DNA from: Psammoneis japonica
Lineage: Eukaryota
DNA length: 64,000 bases
NCBI GenBank assembly: GCA_008632985.1
Contig: QPGO01000164.1
Coordinates: 62,001 to 126,000 of the forward strand
Direction: 5' to 3'
Under the pieces are notes generated by a model, which saw only the letters and a list, made by a program, of their open reading frames with translations, searched no databases and had not been told where the DNA came from. Position numbers and translations under genes: made by a program. Positions 50,056-61,590 of this stretch are shown here, in pieces; the stretch's first letter is position 1; each line of letters starts with the position of its first letter.

Positions 50056-52602
50056 ATGGACCGCCACCCAGAAGACAAAGAGAAAAGGGCATACATTCAT
50101 TCTACTAGAGCTTCGGCCAGGAGGTGGTATGACGAAGATGACGACGATTTTGCATCGCTGCAGCCTCCAACCCGGATGCAAGACCAAAACTCATGCCAGG
50201 TTCTCATCGATGATGGAAAACTGCCACCAGCAACAAGGCGCGGACACCGTCGCACAAGCGATGGAGAGGAGCTTCGAGAAGAAACTGTTGTGGAAGATCC
50301 AAGAAGAAGCGATGCCGTCGCCAGCAGCAGCATAGCTCCGACAGGCACAGGGGCTTTTGCCATCCGTGGCAGTCAGGTCCGCCATCGGTCTTCTCCTGGG
50401 ACTCATCATGATGAGGAGACTCTTTTTTCCGATGCGCCAACCGTCGCCACGCCACCACCTCCGCCGGCGCCAGATGAAAGGACCGTACTCGTTGAAGCTG
50501 AGATTGCACAAGAAGATGCTGATGTACGAGCACGAATGGACTATCTCGAAGCACAAAATGAACGCATGCAAGCGCAGATGGAACGCCTTCGATTGGCGGA
50601 GGTTGCGGAAGTTGTGCCCATTGGCGGTTTGCCTTTTGATGGAGAGGAAGATGGCATGGTGGACAATGAAGAGCCTCGGCAACAACAGCAAAATGAAGAG
50701 GAGGAAGTGCTCGCTTCGGATGTTGACAATGGCGGAAGCAAGAAGCGCAACCGTTTAATTGCTTTAGGAGTATTCGCACTGGTAGTGATTGCCTTGGCGG
50801 TGTCAATTCCACTTGCTGTCTCCAATTCTACAGGCGCTAGCAGCGGAAACAACGCAAGTCCCAATTTGCCTCCAACCGAGCCTGCTTCGCCTCCTTCAAC
50901 ATCAACTCCAAGCCCAACTCCTCAATCTACTTCACCGCCGGCAGCTTTGCCTCCGACGTCAACTCCAAGCCCAACTCCCCAATCTACTCCGCCGCCGACT
51001 CCACCACCAACTCCTCGAAGGTTTGAATTCTTAACGGTACCTCGGCAGAGGTTCGCTGTGGCAGGCGGACCGGTGGGTGACAGCAATGCCGTGACCATTT
51101 CTCCCGATAGTGCGGTACTTTACGTCACTCGTGCCGATGGTACTCTGGATGGACTCAACCCAGAGACGGGTGAGTCTCTTACTGGATTCCCAATCAGCCC
51201 CGGATCCTTCACCGGTGCAGCCTCGCACTCTTGTAACAGTGGGGTTTTCATTCACGATGGTTCGGCTGGCGCAAATGCCTTCGTTGTCTACTCTGTCATC
51301 ACGGGCGAGGGAAACACGTAAGTGGATTTGTGCTCGCGTGACGATGCTGTTATTATTGTTGTTATTGCTGCGTCTAGTCCTGAATATGTGGTTGTGTGGT
51401 ACATGCGAGTGGCCGGGTCATTGGCTTTGTCTTTGCGTATGAGAGCCAATGCGTTGTCTGTCGTGATTCGTGGTTCCTTCATCGTACTCTTTCGAACGTG
51501 ATATGATGGCGATCGTGCCAAGTGACGACCTGAGTCATGCATGGGTCACCCGTTATGCATGTTTCTAGCCATTTCACTGCCTCATGAATTGGCGATCTAT
51601 ACTTTTCTACGCAGATTCACCGCGGCGATCTCGCACCCGGATGGTGCCCTTCTTTGGGCCACTGAAGTCCCTGGAATCTCTGAAGGTACTCCTGTCATCG
51701 CAGCTCTTGGTGACTTTGTGTACTTGACTCACAACCAAGGCGCGGTCGGATCTTTTACTATCCTTGATGCTACAAACGGCGGTGCAATCTTTTACACCGA
51801 GGAGAACCTCAACGGTACGTTTGCGTACACCGCCCCAGCCATTTACCACAACCCCGCGTATGGCAACTACATTGGTGGCTTTGATCCTACTCCCAACAAC
51901 CCTCAGGGCTTGGACAACACGAACGACATTCTCGCCTGGTCAGCCACGGTCATTCCATTTGACAGTGGAAGAGGCCAGACCTTTGCCTTTCAGCTTCCAA
52001 CCAACTTTATCACCGGGGACGACAGCACCGGTTTTGCGGTCAAGTACCTTAGTGGAACTGGTTGGCTCTCGAGAAACCCACCCGCCATTGCCGTCGATGG
52101 TCTTCGCCAATACTACGGAATCTCGCGTAATTCCCTCAGATGCTATATCCCCACCGCTACGCTTCGTGGACGTTGGGATGAAGCTGCCATTGGAACAAGC
52201 AACGAGCCGTATGGCCGTGGCAACCCGAGGTTCAACGATCCTCCCAATACCCCGACTGTGAACGAAGCTGGCAGTGAGCTCTACCTTGGCTTTGCAAGTC
52301 CTGTCTTTGCCTCCCTCGTCGCCGATGTCCCAGGCTTGGACGAGAGGTGGAGTAAGAATTTGGGCTCGATCGTTAATACCAGAGCCGTGCTTGCTCAAGA
52401 CGAGAGCGCAGTCTACTTTGCCGAGTCTGACCCTGCCGTTATCCACTCCACCAAGACGGCCGACGGAACAGACTACTTTGCGGCACCACTTGCTGGAGAT
52501 GGTGCCATTGTGACTGCCGAGATGTCACTTAGCCCAGATGGAACAACTCTCTATTTCGCCGAAAACTCGGGCACGGTGTACGGCTGGACAGTTTTTAACT
52601 GA
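50056..52602 (+). CDS. Type II membrane protein with Pro/Thr stalk and PQQ-like beta-propeller (paralogue B)
   Basis: Colinear with 40212-42404 on the opposite strand, same intron position (about 51318-51614), shared C-terminus GTVYGWTVFN. Confidence 0.75.
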
Positions 52603-53272
52603 TTCGCGGAAGGGTGAATGCAACAACCATTGGTGCCATTCTCTTTCTTATATTTGCATCTTGAGGCGTTTTTAAGCTACCAGTTGCTGTGTCCGTAAAA
52701 TAATGCACACTTATTGTACGAAGATACTTTGCAAGTTTCAAAATGCACTGCGCAATTGATTCTGTCCTTCGTTCCCAACAAAGTGCTACACTCCGATGTA
52801 GGGTCTCGAAGTGATCGCCATCAGGTTCAGCCATTAACAGCAGAGACAATCGCCCACTTTCAGCATAACGCATGCGTCATATAAATCTATACCGGTATGC
52901 GTTTGACGCGGTCGAATCTCATGCATGGAAAACCACAGAAAACCTTGATGGTTCTTTGTTTTGCGCGTCTGCGCTGTCATGTACGTGCAACCGCCGACAG
53001 GTCGTCATACAAACATTGTTGGGCTCTGTAGCTGGGAGCGATCTTGGTGTGTTGATCCGAAGAATGCCAAGTTTGAAACCTGTTGAAAGTTAAGATTGCG
53101 AATTTCGCAACCTAGCTGTGTTCAGCTCTTATGTGTACAGAAGAGGATATAAGCCAGATATTAGTTTGGACAATGCACACAGATCACAGTAAAGCGATAG
53201 CATGAGTAGTGTAGTCGTACCGTAGATTGCCGCCGAATTGTCCGTTTAGAATTATCTGCTTTCGTGCTTATT

Positions 53273-54253
53273 CTATTTTTGGACAAGACTGCTTTTATCA
53301 AAGAGATGTGAATACACCTCATTGTTGTAATCCATCTTGTAAAATTCATGGATTCGGTCTTCAAACTCGGTGTTGTTGAAATGCAAATGCGTCGTCTTGG
53401 CTGCGGTTGTTTGATGGCCGGGCTTTACAGCAAACATCGACTCGTTACCAAAAGGACCCCACCCACTCTTTCCATACTTTTCCCACAATCCAACACGTTT
53501 CAGGAGCCTTTCGGCATCCCCCGCTATATTCTTAAAGTCCCCCACAAAGTTAATATAGGGCCAGTATTTTGCCTCCATTCGGTTCCACTGTGGTCTCCAG
53601 TGAATGTCTTGGGTAAAGTTCTTTTCGACAATGTAATCAAAGAACGTCTCGAGAGATCCCAAATGTTTCCAACACATTTCTTTTGTCTGACCCTTGCACT
53701 GTCTTTTATAAAAGTAATTCCCAAAGTCATTAATACCCTTGTTCATGTACGCCGAAACCATGCGCTCTTTGGGATCTCGCACAAAAATGGCTCTCGTCCA
53801 CGTGGGATCCGTCATTTGTTTCGTTGCCTCTTGAATGGAATAACTGGATAGAAACTTGAGGCCATTGTACGAGGGATCGTAGGGCAATTTCGCACCGTCC
53901 GTCACGTTCCAATCCGAGTATCCCATGGCACGTCGACAGAGCTTTAGAAACTCGGAACAACCCACCTTGGCGGTTGCAAAAAAGATAAATTTGTACTCCT
54001 CCAATACAACGGGAGCTTGTTCATATCCAACTGTATAGACCGTGTCATATTTTGATATTGTCAGAGGTAGCGGTGGTTGTAATTGTGGTGCATGAGAAGT
54101 TGTGTTCTGGACGTGGGGGTCCAAGTTTATGGCCGTGAGAATCATAATGGTCACGCAACCTGCCGTCAATGCCAGCGCAAGAACCAGCACTAGAAACGGA
54201 GGCTTTTTTCTTGTACGTCTTGTTTGAAGAGGACGGTGTACATGATGTTTCAT
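53273..54253 (-). CDS. Sulfotransferase family 2 (Golgi carbohydrate sulfotransferase-like)
   Basis: N-terminal TM anchor, 5'-PSB FFATAKVGCS, 3'-PB IFVRDPKERMVSAY, DIHWRPQ, INFVGDF. Confidence 0.85.
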   Translation of the reverse strand: MKHHVHRPLQTRRTRKKPPFLVLVLALALTAGCVTIMILTAINLDPHVQNTTSHAPQLQPPLPLTISKYDTVYTVGYEQAPVVLEEYKFIFFATAKVGCSEFLKLCRRAMGYSDWNVTDGAKLPYDPSYNGLKFLSSYSIQEATKQMTDPTWTRAIFVRDPKERMVSAYMNKGINDFGNYFYKRQCKGQTKEMCWKHLGSLETFFDYIVEKNFTQDIHWRPQWNRMEAKYWPYINFVGDFKNIAGDAERLLKRVGLWEKYGKSGWGPFGNESMFAVKPGHQTTAAKTTHLHFNNTEFEDRIHEFYKMDYNNEVYSHLFDKSSLVQK

Positions 54254-54728
54254 CTTGCGTTTTTTTTTTTTTCAAAGTCTTTGACAACGCGGACAGGGAC
54301 GATGTTGGCGTCGCCGCTTTTGCAGAGCGTTGCAATGTGTGCCATGGGGGTGATGACCCTGTGCATCGAAATCGAAACCGCAAGTCCTCCCATCAGGTCG
54401 CGGATTTCAGTCCCGAGTACAGTATGGTAATTGACTTCTTGTCTCGCGCACGTAGTGCGCGGTTATTAGACTGTGTAGGTGTGTGTACGTGTGTGAGGTG
54501 TAAGTAGAATATACGTAGAATTACTGCTGAGTGAGTTGACATGCGGTGGATTTTCCGCCGGTACACAATCTACGTGGTCTACTTGGAAGATAAATTTATG
54601 TTTATCTCCGATGCTTTTACACATCATTAAAATTGCTTCTGTCTTTTAAATGTGTGTGCCGCAATTCAAAAATCTTACAGAACACCCCGAAAGAATTCTG
54701 GAATCTGCACAAAAAAATTTCTATTTAA

Positions 54729-55261
54729 CACGGGATCCGTGGATGCACCAGGGGAATCTGCGAAATGCGGGATGAAAGGGGAAAGGGGCAAATGTGAATG
54801 GTGGAAAAGTGACATGCTGTTGTTTTACCTTGAGGGACCCTTTGGTCAGCCAAACACGCTCATTGCTGATTTGACCCTCGCAGGTCCGTCCTTTCGGGGG
54901 TCGTGAAATTGTAGAGCAGACGCGGTCTCGAGAAATAATTTTGCACATTGTGTGTTTGACCATTGGCATCATGTAAATCTGAAAACGACACACACAAAAA
55001 ACGCGCATGCACGTTTTTCAACTTTGCATGACCTTCATAGCCAAATGTGTCATGTGACGATTGATCCTCAAGACGCGTCCCGTCACAACATTTTGACACC
55101 CCCCACAAGACGGACCTGTGATGGTCAGATGACAAGTGTGCGTGTTCGGCTCACCAAAGGGACCCTTGGGGCACAACAACAGCCCCTTGCTTTCCTGACA
55201 TTCCCATTTGCCCCTTTCCCCTTTCATCCCGCAATTCCCGGGTGCACCCGTGGATCCCGTG
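54729..55261. mobile_element. piggyBac-like MITE with long imperfect TIRs
   Basis: Ends CACGGGATCC...GGATCCCGTG with inverted similarity over more than 150 bp. Flanks are TTAA (54725-54728) and TCAA (55262-55265). Absent from unit 2 (empty site TTGA at 61982-61985). Confidence 0.85.
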
Positions 55262-55577
55262 TCAACGGTCCGAACAGGTTTCTCAAAATGACTTCAGATT
55301 AACCACAGTGAAACATCCACTGTTGCCAAAACACAGTGACTGTCGGATGAACAGATCCCGTGTTCTTCGCTCGCAAACAACACAACAACGCACAACAACA
55401 CCATGGCGAGAAACGCGAACGCCATCCCCTCATCTACAAGCTGGAAATGCAAGATGCTGTTGAAGCGGTTGGACAATGTGTGTGTGCTGTTTTCATGGGT
55501 CAAGTTGGGTTTCTTCTCGCTGCTTGTTGTTGCGTCATTTTACAACATTTTGACCCACGCCGTGTTCTTTGCTTTGT

Positions 55578-58500
55578 TGTGGCTGTTCGCCACCAACGCT
55601 GCTGGGGGGTGCGTCCCACTGTAGTTGGGAGGCGGCAGTTGGTGGTGTCAGCGCTTTGCTGGGGTTTCTTGCCCTGACGGGTTCCAGTCCCAGGTGGGAC
55701 TCCATGTGACATTGGGCCTGTAGAATTCTGCATGCGAGCTCTGCAGTGAATTTGCACTGCAATGAAAATGTGAATGATCGCCAACAGAAAAAGAGGCAAT
55801 TTTACGAACATGTCTCCTCCTTCATGCTTGGAGCACATCATTGACAGTTTGCCCGGGTGTGTTCTTCAGACATTGAAGAATGCACCCAGCGCATTTTCAC
55901 TCTCATGAATGTTGAAAATAGAAAGCCTTTGGCTTCGCAAAACAGGGAGTGTGAAACAATTTCGTAGAATTTTACACGTGGAAATGTGCGTGCGCGACAT
56001 GCGGCGCGATCCAAAAAACTGTTGATGTCACAGTGCCAATGGGAATCATTCAGCTCTCAGAGTCATTGCGTGGAAGTTGTGCAGAAGAGCACCAGAAATG
56101 TTTGTCATCAGTCTGTCCACCTGTCCGCACTCGAATGTCAACTCCTCGGGAAATCAATTGAAATGTTGTCTGACCAAGGGCATTGCTCTTCACCATCTAA
56201 ATCAAAACACCCTTGGTCAGACAACATTTCAATTGAGTTCCCGAAAAGTCAGTAGCCCCAATCACCCTCTCGTATGACATTGTGCATGTTTCTGCACGAT
56301 TTGGCATTTTTCCTCATGCAAAATGCCAGTTGTGACTCTTGCGACATTTTCGAATGATTCCCATTGAGCAGTGCGAGGTCCCACCTAGAGCTGGAACGCG
56401 TCCCCTCTTTGGGCTCACCAGCAACAGAGACCGCCGGTGCTGGGTGGGAGTGGAGGGTCAAAAAGCCACAACTGCTGCTGCGGCCTCGACAGGTGGCGAT
56501 GAGTTGCAAAGAATGCCACTGGCATTCAGGTTCGTTCAAGGCTGCATGCGGTGGGAGGTGGATGCATCTGTCCTTCCCCCTGCACTGCTGCAATGGCTGT
56601 TCGCCACCAACGCTGCTGGGGGGTGCATCCCACTGCAGTTGGGAGGCAGTGGTTGGTGGTGTCAGCGCTTCACTGGGGTTTCTTGCCCTCTTTGGGCTCA
56701 CCAGCAACAGAGACCGCCTCCAATCCGCCACTCTTGGAGTGCCAACAAGTGAGAAGGGGTTGGGCCAGAAGCGCAGCTGAGGGTGGGCACCGTTGCGAAC
56801 CCATCAGTTGGTGGGTGCTTCGGCTTGATTGATGATGTTTTGTGCCACAGGGGGGACCTCGGAGCCCGGGAGCAACGTGAAGTTGGACCGTCTTTGGAGC
56901 ACGCGCTGTGCAGGCGAGTGATGCGAGGATCCATGGTGCCATGTGGGGTCAAGCGTGGGTCCGGGGCCCCCAGTTGGTGAACGTCTTCGAGCGTGAAGGA
57001 CTTCGTCACGAACATGCGGAGCTGAGATTGGGTTGCCGCTGCGGCTGAGGCGTCCATCCCCAAGGTGACAGGCAAAGACTCGGAGTGTCGGGATTTTGTC
57101 TTGGACACTGGTGAGGAGAGGGTTGTCGACTCCTGATGTCGGACAGGAAAGGTGACCAACATTTGGCCCAGACGGTGTCCGTGGCACGGGCTCGCTCGTC
57201 AGTGACAGCTTCGTGGGCCTTTGCCGTCACAAGGCGGAGATCAGTGAAGAAACGATGTTGGGCGGTGGGAGTGGCATTTGCCAAGGTTTTGTCTGTGGGG
57301 CAAGGCGAGTGAGAGTGGCAAGGAGGTGAGACGGTGCACTGAATTTGCGGGAGCACGTGTTGGCGAGCAGATTTGCTGGCCCAGGTGTGCAATGAAAGTG
57401 GGAGACGTGTCGCAGCTTTCATTGTTGCAGGCTGCCGGTCCGCAGCATGTCGGCGCCGGGGTCGTCGGTGGTGATGGAGCCTTTGCCGCGTCGAGAAATG
57501 GAAGGCATGTTGTCACAGCACGTGTGGACAATGCGTTCTCTGACATTGACAGCGATGCCTGCAACGGATTCTTGCAGAGCCATTCCGGCAAGTTGGAGAT
57601 CAGAGTTTGTTGTTGCACCATCGGGGTTGTCGTCCGAGACAACAGCAGCTTGCAGATCTGGTGGCAGTGGAATTTGCCAGGCGGCAGGAGGGAAGTCGTC
57701 GTGGGGGCCTGGCAACAACACGCCGCCAAAACCTGGTTTGGCTGCGTCGCACGCACCGCAGCAATGCCCGTCGGCGGCAAGGAACAGTTCGGCAAGCCTC
57801 GTTGGATGAGAAGCAATGTCCATTGCCAAGGTGTGCAAGTCTTGGAGTTGGCAGCGAGCATGACGGTTGATTCGAGTGCGGGAGTTGCTCGAGGTGGCTG
57901 GAGAGTGCTGGAGATTGGAGAGCAGGCCAGCGCTGCCAGACACCACCAACAGCATGCTGCGCACTTCGCCCACAAGTTTGTGGCATTGCTTGTTGGACAT
58001 GCGGCGGCATGGAATGGTGTCGGCAAGCATGTCCAGGAGGCGTTGTCGTCGATGTGACGGCAACTGGATTGTCCCTGCTAGCGTGTCAATGAGCCAGCCC
58101 AAAATGACTTTGACAGTTGACCAAGACGCATCACCTTTAAGAAGCTTCTTGAGCGAGATAGTTTCGCGCCGCCAGTGAGCATCGGAAGGTGTGTTGGGCC
58201 GGAAGACTTGGTCGTCAATGTGCAAGAGGCGGCGATGTAACTTGTTGAGGCAAGCTTTCGATCCTTGCGCGGCGCACATCTTGTCGTTGATGTAGACATC
58301 AAAGTGCTCCAACAGTTGGGAGCCTCGCTGGTGTCTGTGACGAAGAGCGGCGGGAGAAGGCAGGCGTGACACACGGCTGGCTGGAGCTGCAGTGGAAGGC
58401 GGCGGCACGTCGATGCGCGGGGCATCGTCGTGGGGTGCTGGAGTGGATGCCGCCTGTTCAAGTGGATGAATCGGAGGGTCCCAGGCTGTGGGATGATGGC

Positions 58501-61500
58501 TGTTTGCCAAATCGACAACAGTTTCCGTTCCCACACAAAAGAACGGTGGACTCTCGGTCCAGCCCATGGGTGGGACGAGAGGCAGCGCTGTCAACGGTTC
58601 CTCGCCCGGGCCCACTGGGAAGGCTGCCCCAAGCTTTGGCATGTCCTGGGGGCAGAGCCCAACACGACAGAAGCCGTCTGAGAGATCGAGCTTAAGCATG
58701 TGCACTGGGCCATGCTTCGGATCAGCTCAAAAGATCTTGCAGAGGGACCTGTCGAGAGCTCGGCCGAATTGCATTGCCTCCGGTGGGGCGTGTTTCACGG
58801 TTTCGTCATTGATCCCGTAGAAACTGTAATCAATGATGGTGCGTGGGTGGCGGTCGCGTTGCGGCACCACGCCCATCGGTGAGACGTGCAGGTGGGGCAA
58901 CTTGCAGGCTTCGCGGTGTGGCAGGACTGTCCAGCATCGCTTCTGGATCATGTCCGCCATGTCAGACTCGAGGAAACCCAGGCACTCGTTGGTGGACGGA
59001 TGGCTTCCGCGCTCTGTGGCCATCCGAACCTGGTCAGGTGTCCAGTCCTCCGTTGAGAACTGGACCGGTGCTCCGTCGGTGCGGAGATCGGAAAGAAGCT
59101 TGGCAGCTGGATGAGGCAACTGCTGAACATTCTCGGCCAGACACGGCTCCCTGCGCAGATGTGCAACGAACTGGCTCCAGCTTGAAGTTGGCAAGAGTTT
59201 GACATGCTCCTCTGCTGACTCACCCAGTCCATTGCTGCGTGGGCACTGCTGGTGCAGATCTGGCAAGTGGGCAGAGGAGGGCTGCAGGCCAGCTCTGGGG
59301 CTGGCCGGCCCCTGTCCTCAGATGGACGCCGCCGGCGCCGGCGCGGGTGCCGGTGCCGGTGCTGGGGCGCCACCTTCTTGAGGGTTGGACACGTGGTCGC
59401 AAACGAAGGCGCTCATTGCCGTCCTTTCTTGCGGTGAGAGGTTCCGGTGGGTGCTGCTGCGCTCACAGTTGGCGAAGCACGCACCCTTTAGATGATGCGA
59501 AAGGCACACTTCGCACGCGGTGCCACTCGGGTCCGTGGTTCGAGGCGCGAAGCGTCGCACCGTGGCCAAACAGATCCCAGCTTGTGCAAAGGCTGCTGGC
59601 CAAGCTCGCACCGGGTTGGAATTTGCAACGGCCGTGCCGGGGTCGCGACGCCCAGTGGCAGCAGCTGGTGCAGAGGTGGTCCCACTGTTGTGGGTGCTGG
59701 TCGAGCTCGTCTGGGGATTGATCGCCCTGTCTGGCTGGCCAAGCAAATGACGGGGCAACTGTGCCAGCAGGGAGAATTGCCCGTGTGGCACCTTGTGCGC
59801 CACTGCGGTGTAGTCGGGCACCCGGGGCACACTGCCTTGCATGAGCCTGCAAAGATGGACCCCCATGAGTGTCTGCACCTTGCAACAAATGCGGGGAAGG
59901 ACGTTTCCTTCGGCCAGAAGGGCTCCTGATTGCTTGAGCAAGTCGACCATGTCCCGCCAGTCGTCCAAGCAGAACTGCTGGAAAGCCACAGCATGTGGAT
60001 GGTCTGAGCCTTGGATGACATCCAAGACTGAGCTGGTGGCTTGGAGCATGCTTCCACAATGGCAAGTGGACGTTGGCAGCGGCACATCCTTGGTGCGGAA
60101 CTCCTCTTGTTCTGCAACGGTGGGTGTCAGGTTGCCTGCCAATGCAAGGTCGTGGCGTTCGGCCCAGACTTGCACAGCAGAACCTTGTCTGGCAAGGAAG
60201 AAGCCACAGGTGAAGGGTGATGCACCGGTGGTTAAGTCATTCACTTGGTGCACATGGGGTGCAACCTTCCCTTGCAACACCATCTCTTGTGGCTCCTTCG
60301 AAACCACAGGTGCCACACGAGACGCCGCGTCGGGTTCTTGGGCACGCGCCTCCAAGGCACAAGCAAAACACAGGCACCGCTTGGCTTTTGTGCTGTTGGC
60401 CCAAGCGTGGCACAGCACGGGCAAGGGTGCATCATCCAGCATGCTCAAAAGCAAGAGCCACACGGGTGTGGTCTGAGGGAAGGCTTCCACCAGAGTTTTG
60501 GGTGCTGCGGCTGCGGCTGCGGCTGCCAAGCGTGTTGCTTCCGCGCGTGCTGCATTGGCTCGGACTGTGTCAGCGAAGGCTGGCACGTGGTCGGTGTCAT
60601 CAACGGCCATTGAATCCAAGGCGGGCAGGTCCTGCAACAACGTGTGCCAACAATGCTCTTGCAGTCTGGCGTCCACCGCCAGTGGCGGCAAGGCTGTGGC
60701 ACGGTCGCCCAGACAATGGACCGGATCTGGATTCGCCGCGGTGTCGGTGGTGAGTGCCGTGCGCAACCAGTCGATGAGAGCACTCAAGTCCCCCACGCGA
60801 CCGTCATTTTGAATTGCTCCTGCTGGTTCCCACCAGGCTTGCAGTGGGGTGAGATCCCGAGTCAGCACGAGATGCAGGCAGGCAAGGGGGGCTTGTGCAA
60901 GATGGCGGATGTAGATGGTGTCGGTTTCCGGGGCGCCATCGGTCTGCGGCGGTGTCAGGTCGTCATCATCCACCAAGGTGCCTTCGAGGGCAGCCATGTT
61001 GGCCACAGCAGGTGCCACTTGAGGGCCCACAATGTCGAACGGAGCGTTGGGCATCTCGAGAATGGCAACAAAATTACCAGGTGGGACGTCTCCATGAAAA
61101 CAAAACACGCGTCCGTCCCACGGCGAGGTCTCCACCGGGTCTCTGATGTGTGCAGAGGGCCGGTGGATGCAGGTGATGCGACAACCTGTGCCTTGCCGCA
61201 CTGGCGCCAAAGGGGCCTTGGGCACCATGTCGCTCGAGTCGATGATGTGCTCGAGCAGCGTGGCGGCCAGGTCGGGAGCAGTGACGGCAGTGTCGTGCCA
61301 ACGGAACAAATTTGCGCACTCCCCACCCAAGTGATCTCCTTGGCTCATCCACTTGTCGTGGCATGTTTTTGGAGGGGCCGGTGGTGCTCCACCGGCGTCC
61401 ACAGGAGGGACAGCAGCCATGAAGGGACAAAGGTTGGTGCATGTCGCTCCCTTTGTCAAAAAGTTGCAACTGCTGCTGCGGCCTCGACAGGCGGCGATGA

Positions 61501-61590
61501 GTTGCAAAGAATGCCACTGGCATTCAGGTTCGTTCAAGGCTGCGCACGGTGGGAGGTGGATGCATCTGTCCTTCCTCCTGCGCTGCCACA
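55578..61590 (-). mobile_element. Ngaro/DIRS-type tyrosine-recombinase retrotransposon, degenerate, with split direct repeats
   Basis: gag 61420-59318 ending CLSHHLKGACFANCERSSTH. RT SPMGVVPQRDRHPRTIIDYS, KLDLSDGF, PMGWTESPP, VYIND. RNase H CDAAKPGFGG, TNSDLQLAG, CDN. YR N-terminal fragment LGAPDPRL. Repeats A1 61457-61590 = A2 56457-56590; B1 56595-56720 = B2 55580-55675 plus 56403-56440. Confidence 0.9.
55676..56402. mobile_element. Non-autonomous TIR element inserted into the Ngaro B2 repeat
   Basis: Imperfect TIRs of about 26 bp (gacgggttccagtcccaggtgggact / ggtcccacctagagctggaacgcgtc). 4-bp TSD CCCT at 55672-55675 and 56403-56406; uninterrupted B1 has a single CCCT. Confidence 0.8.
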
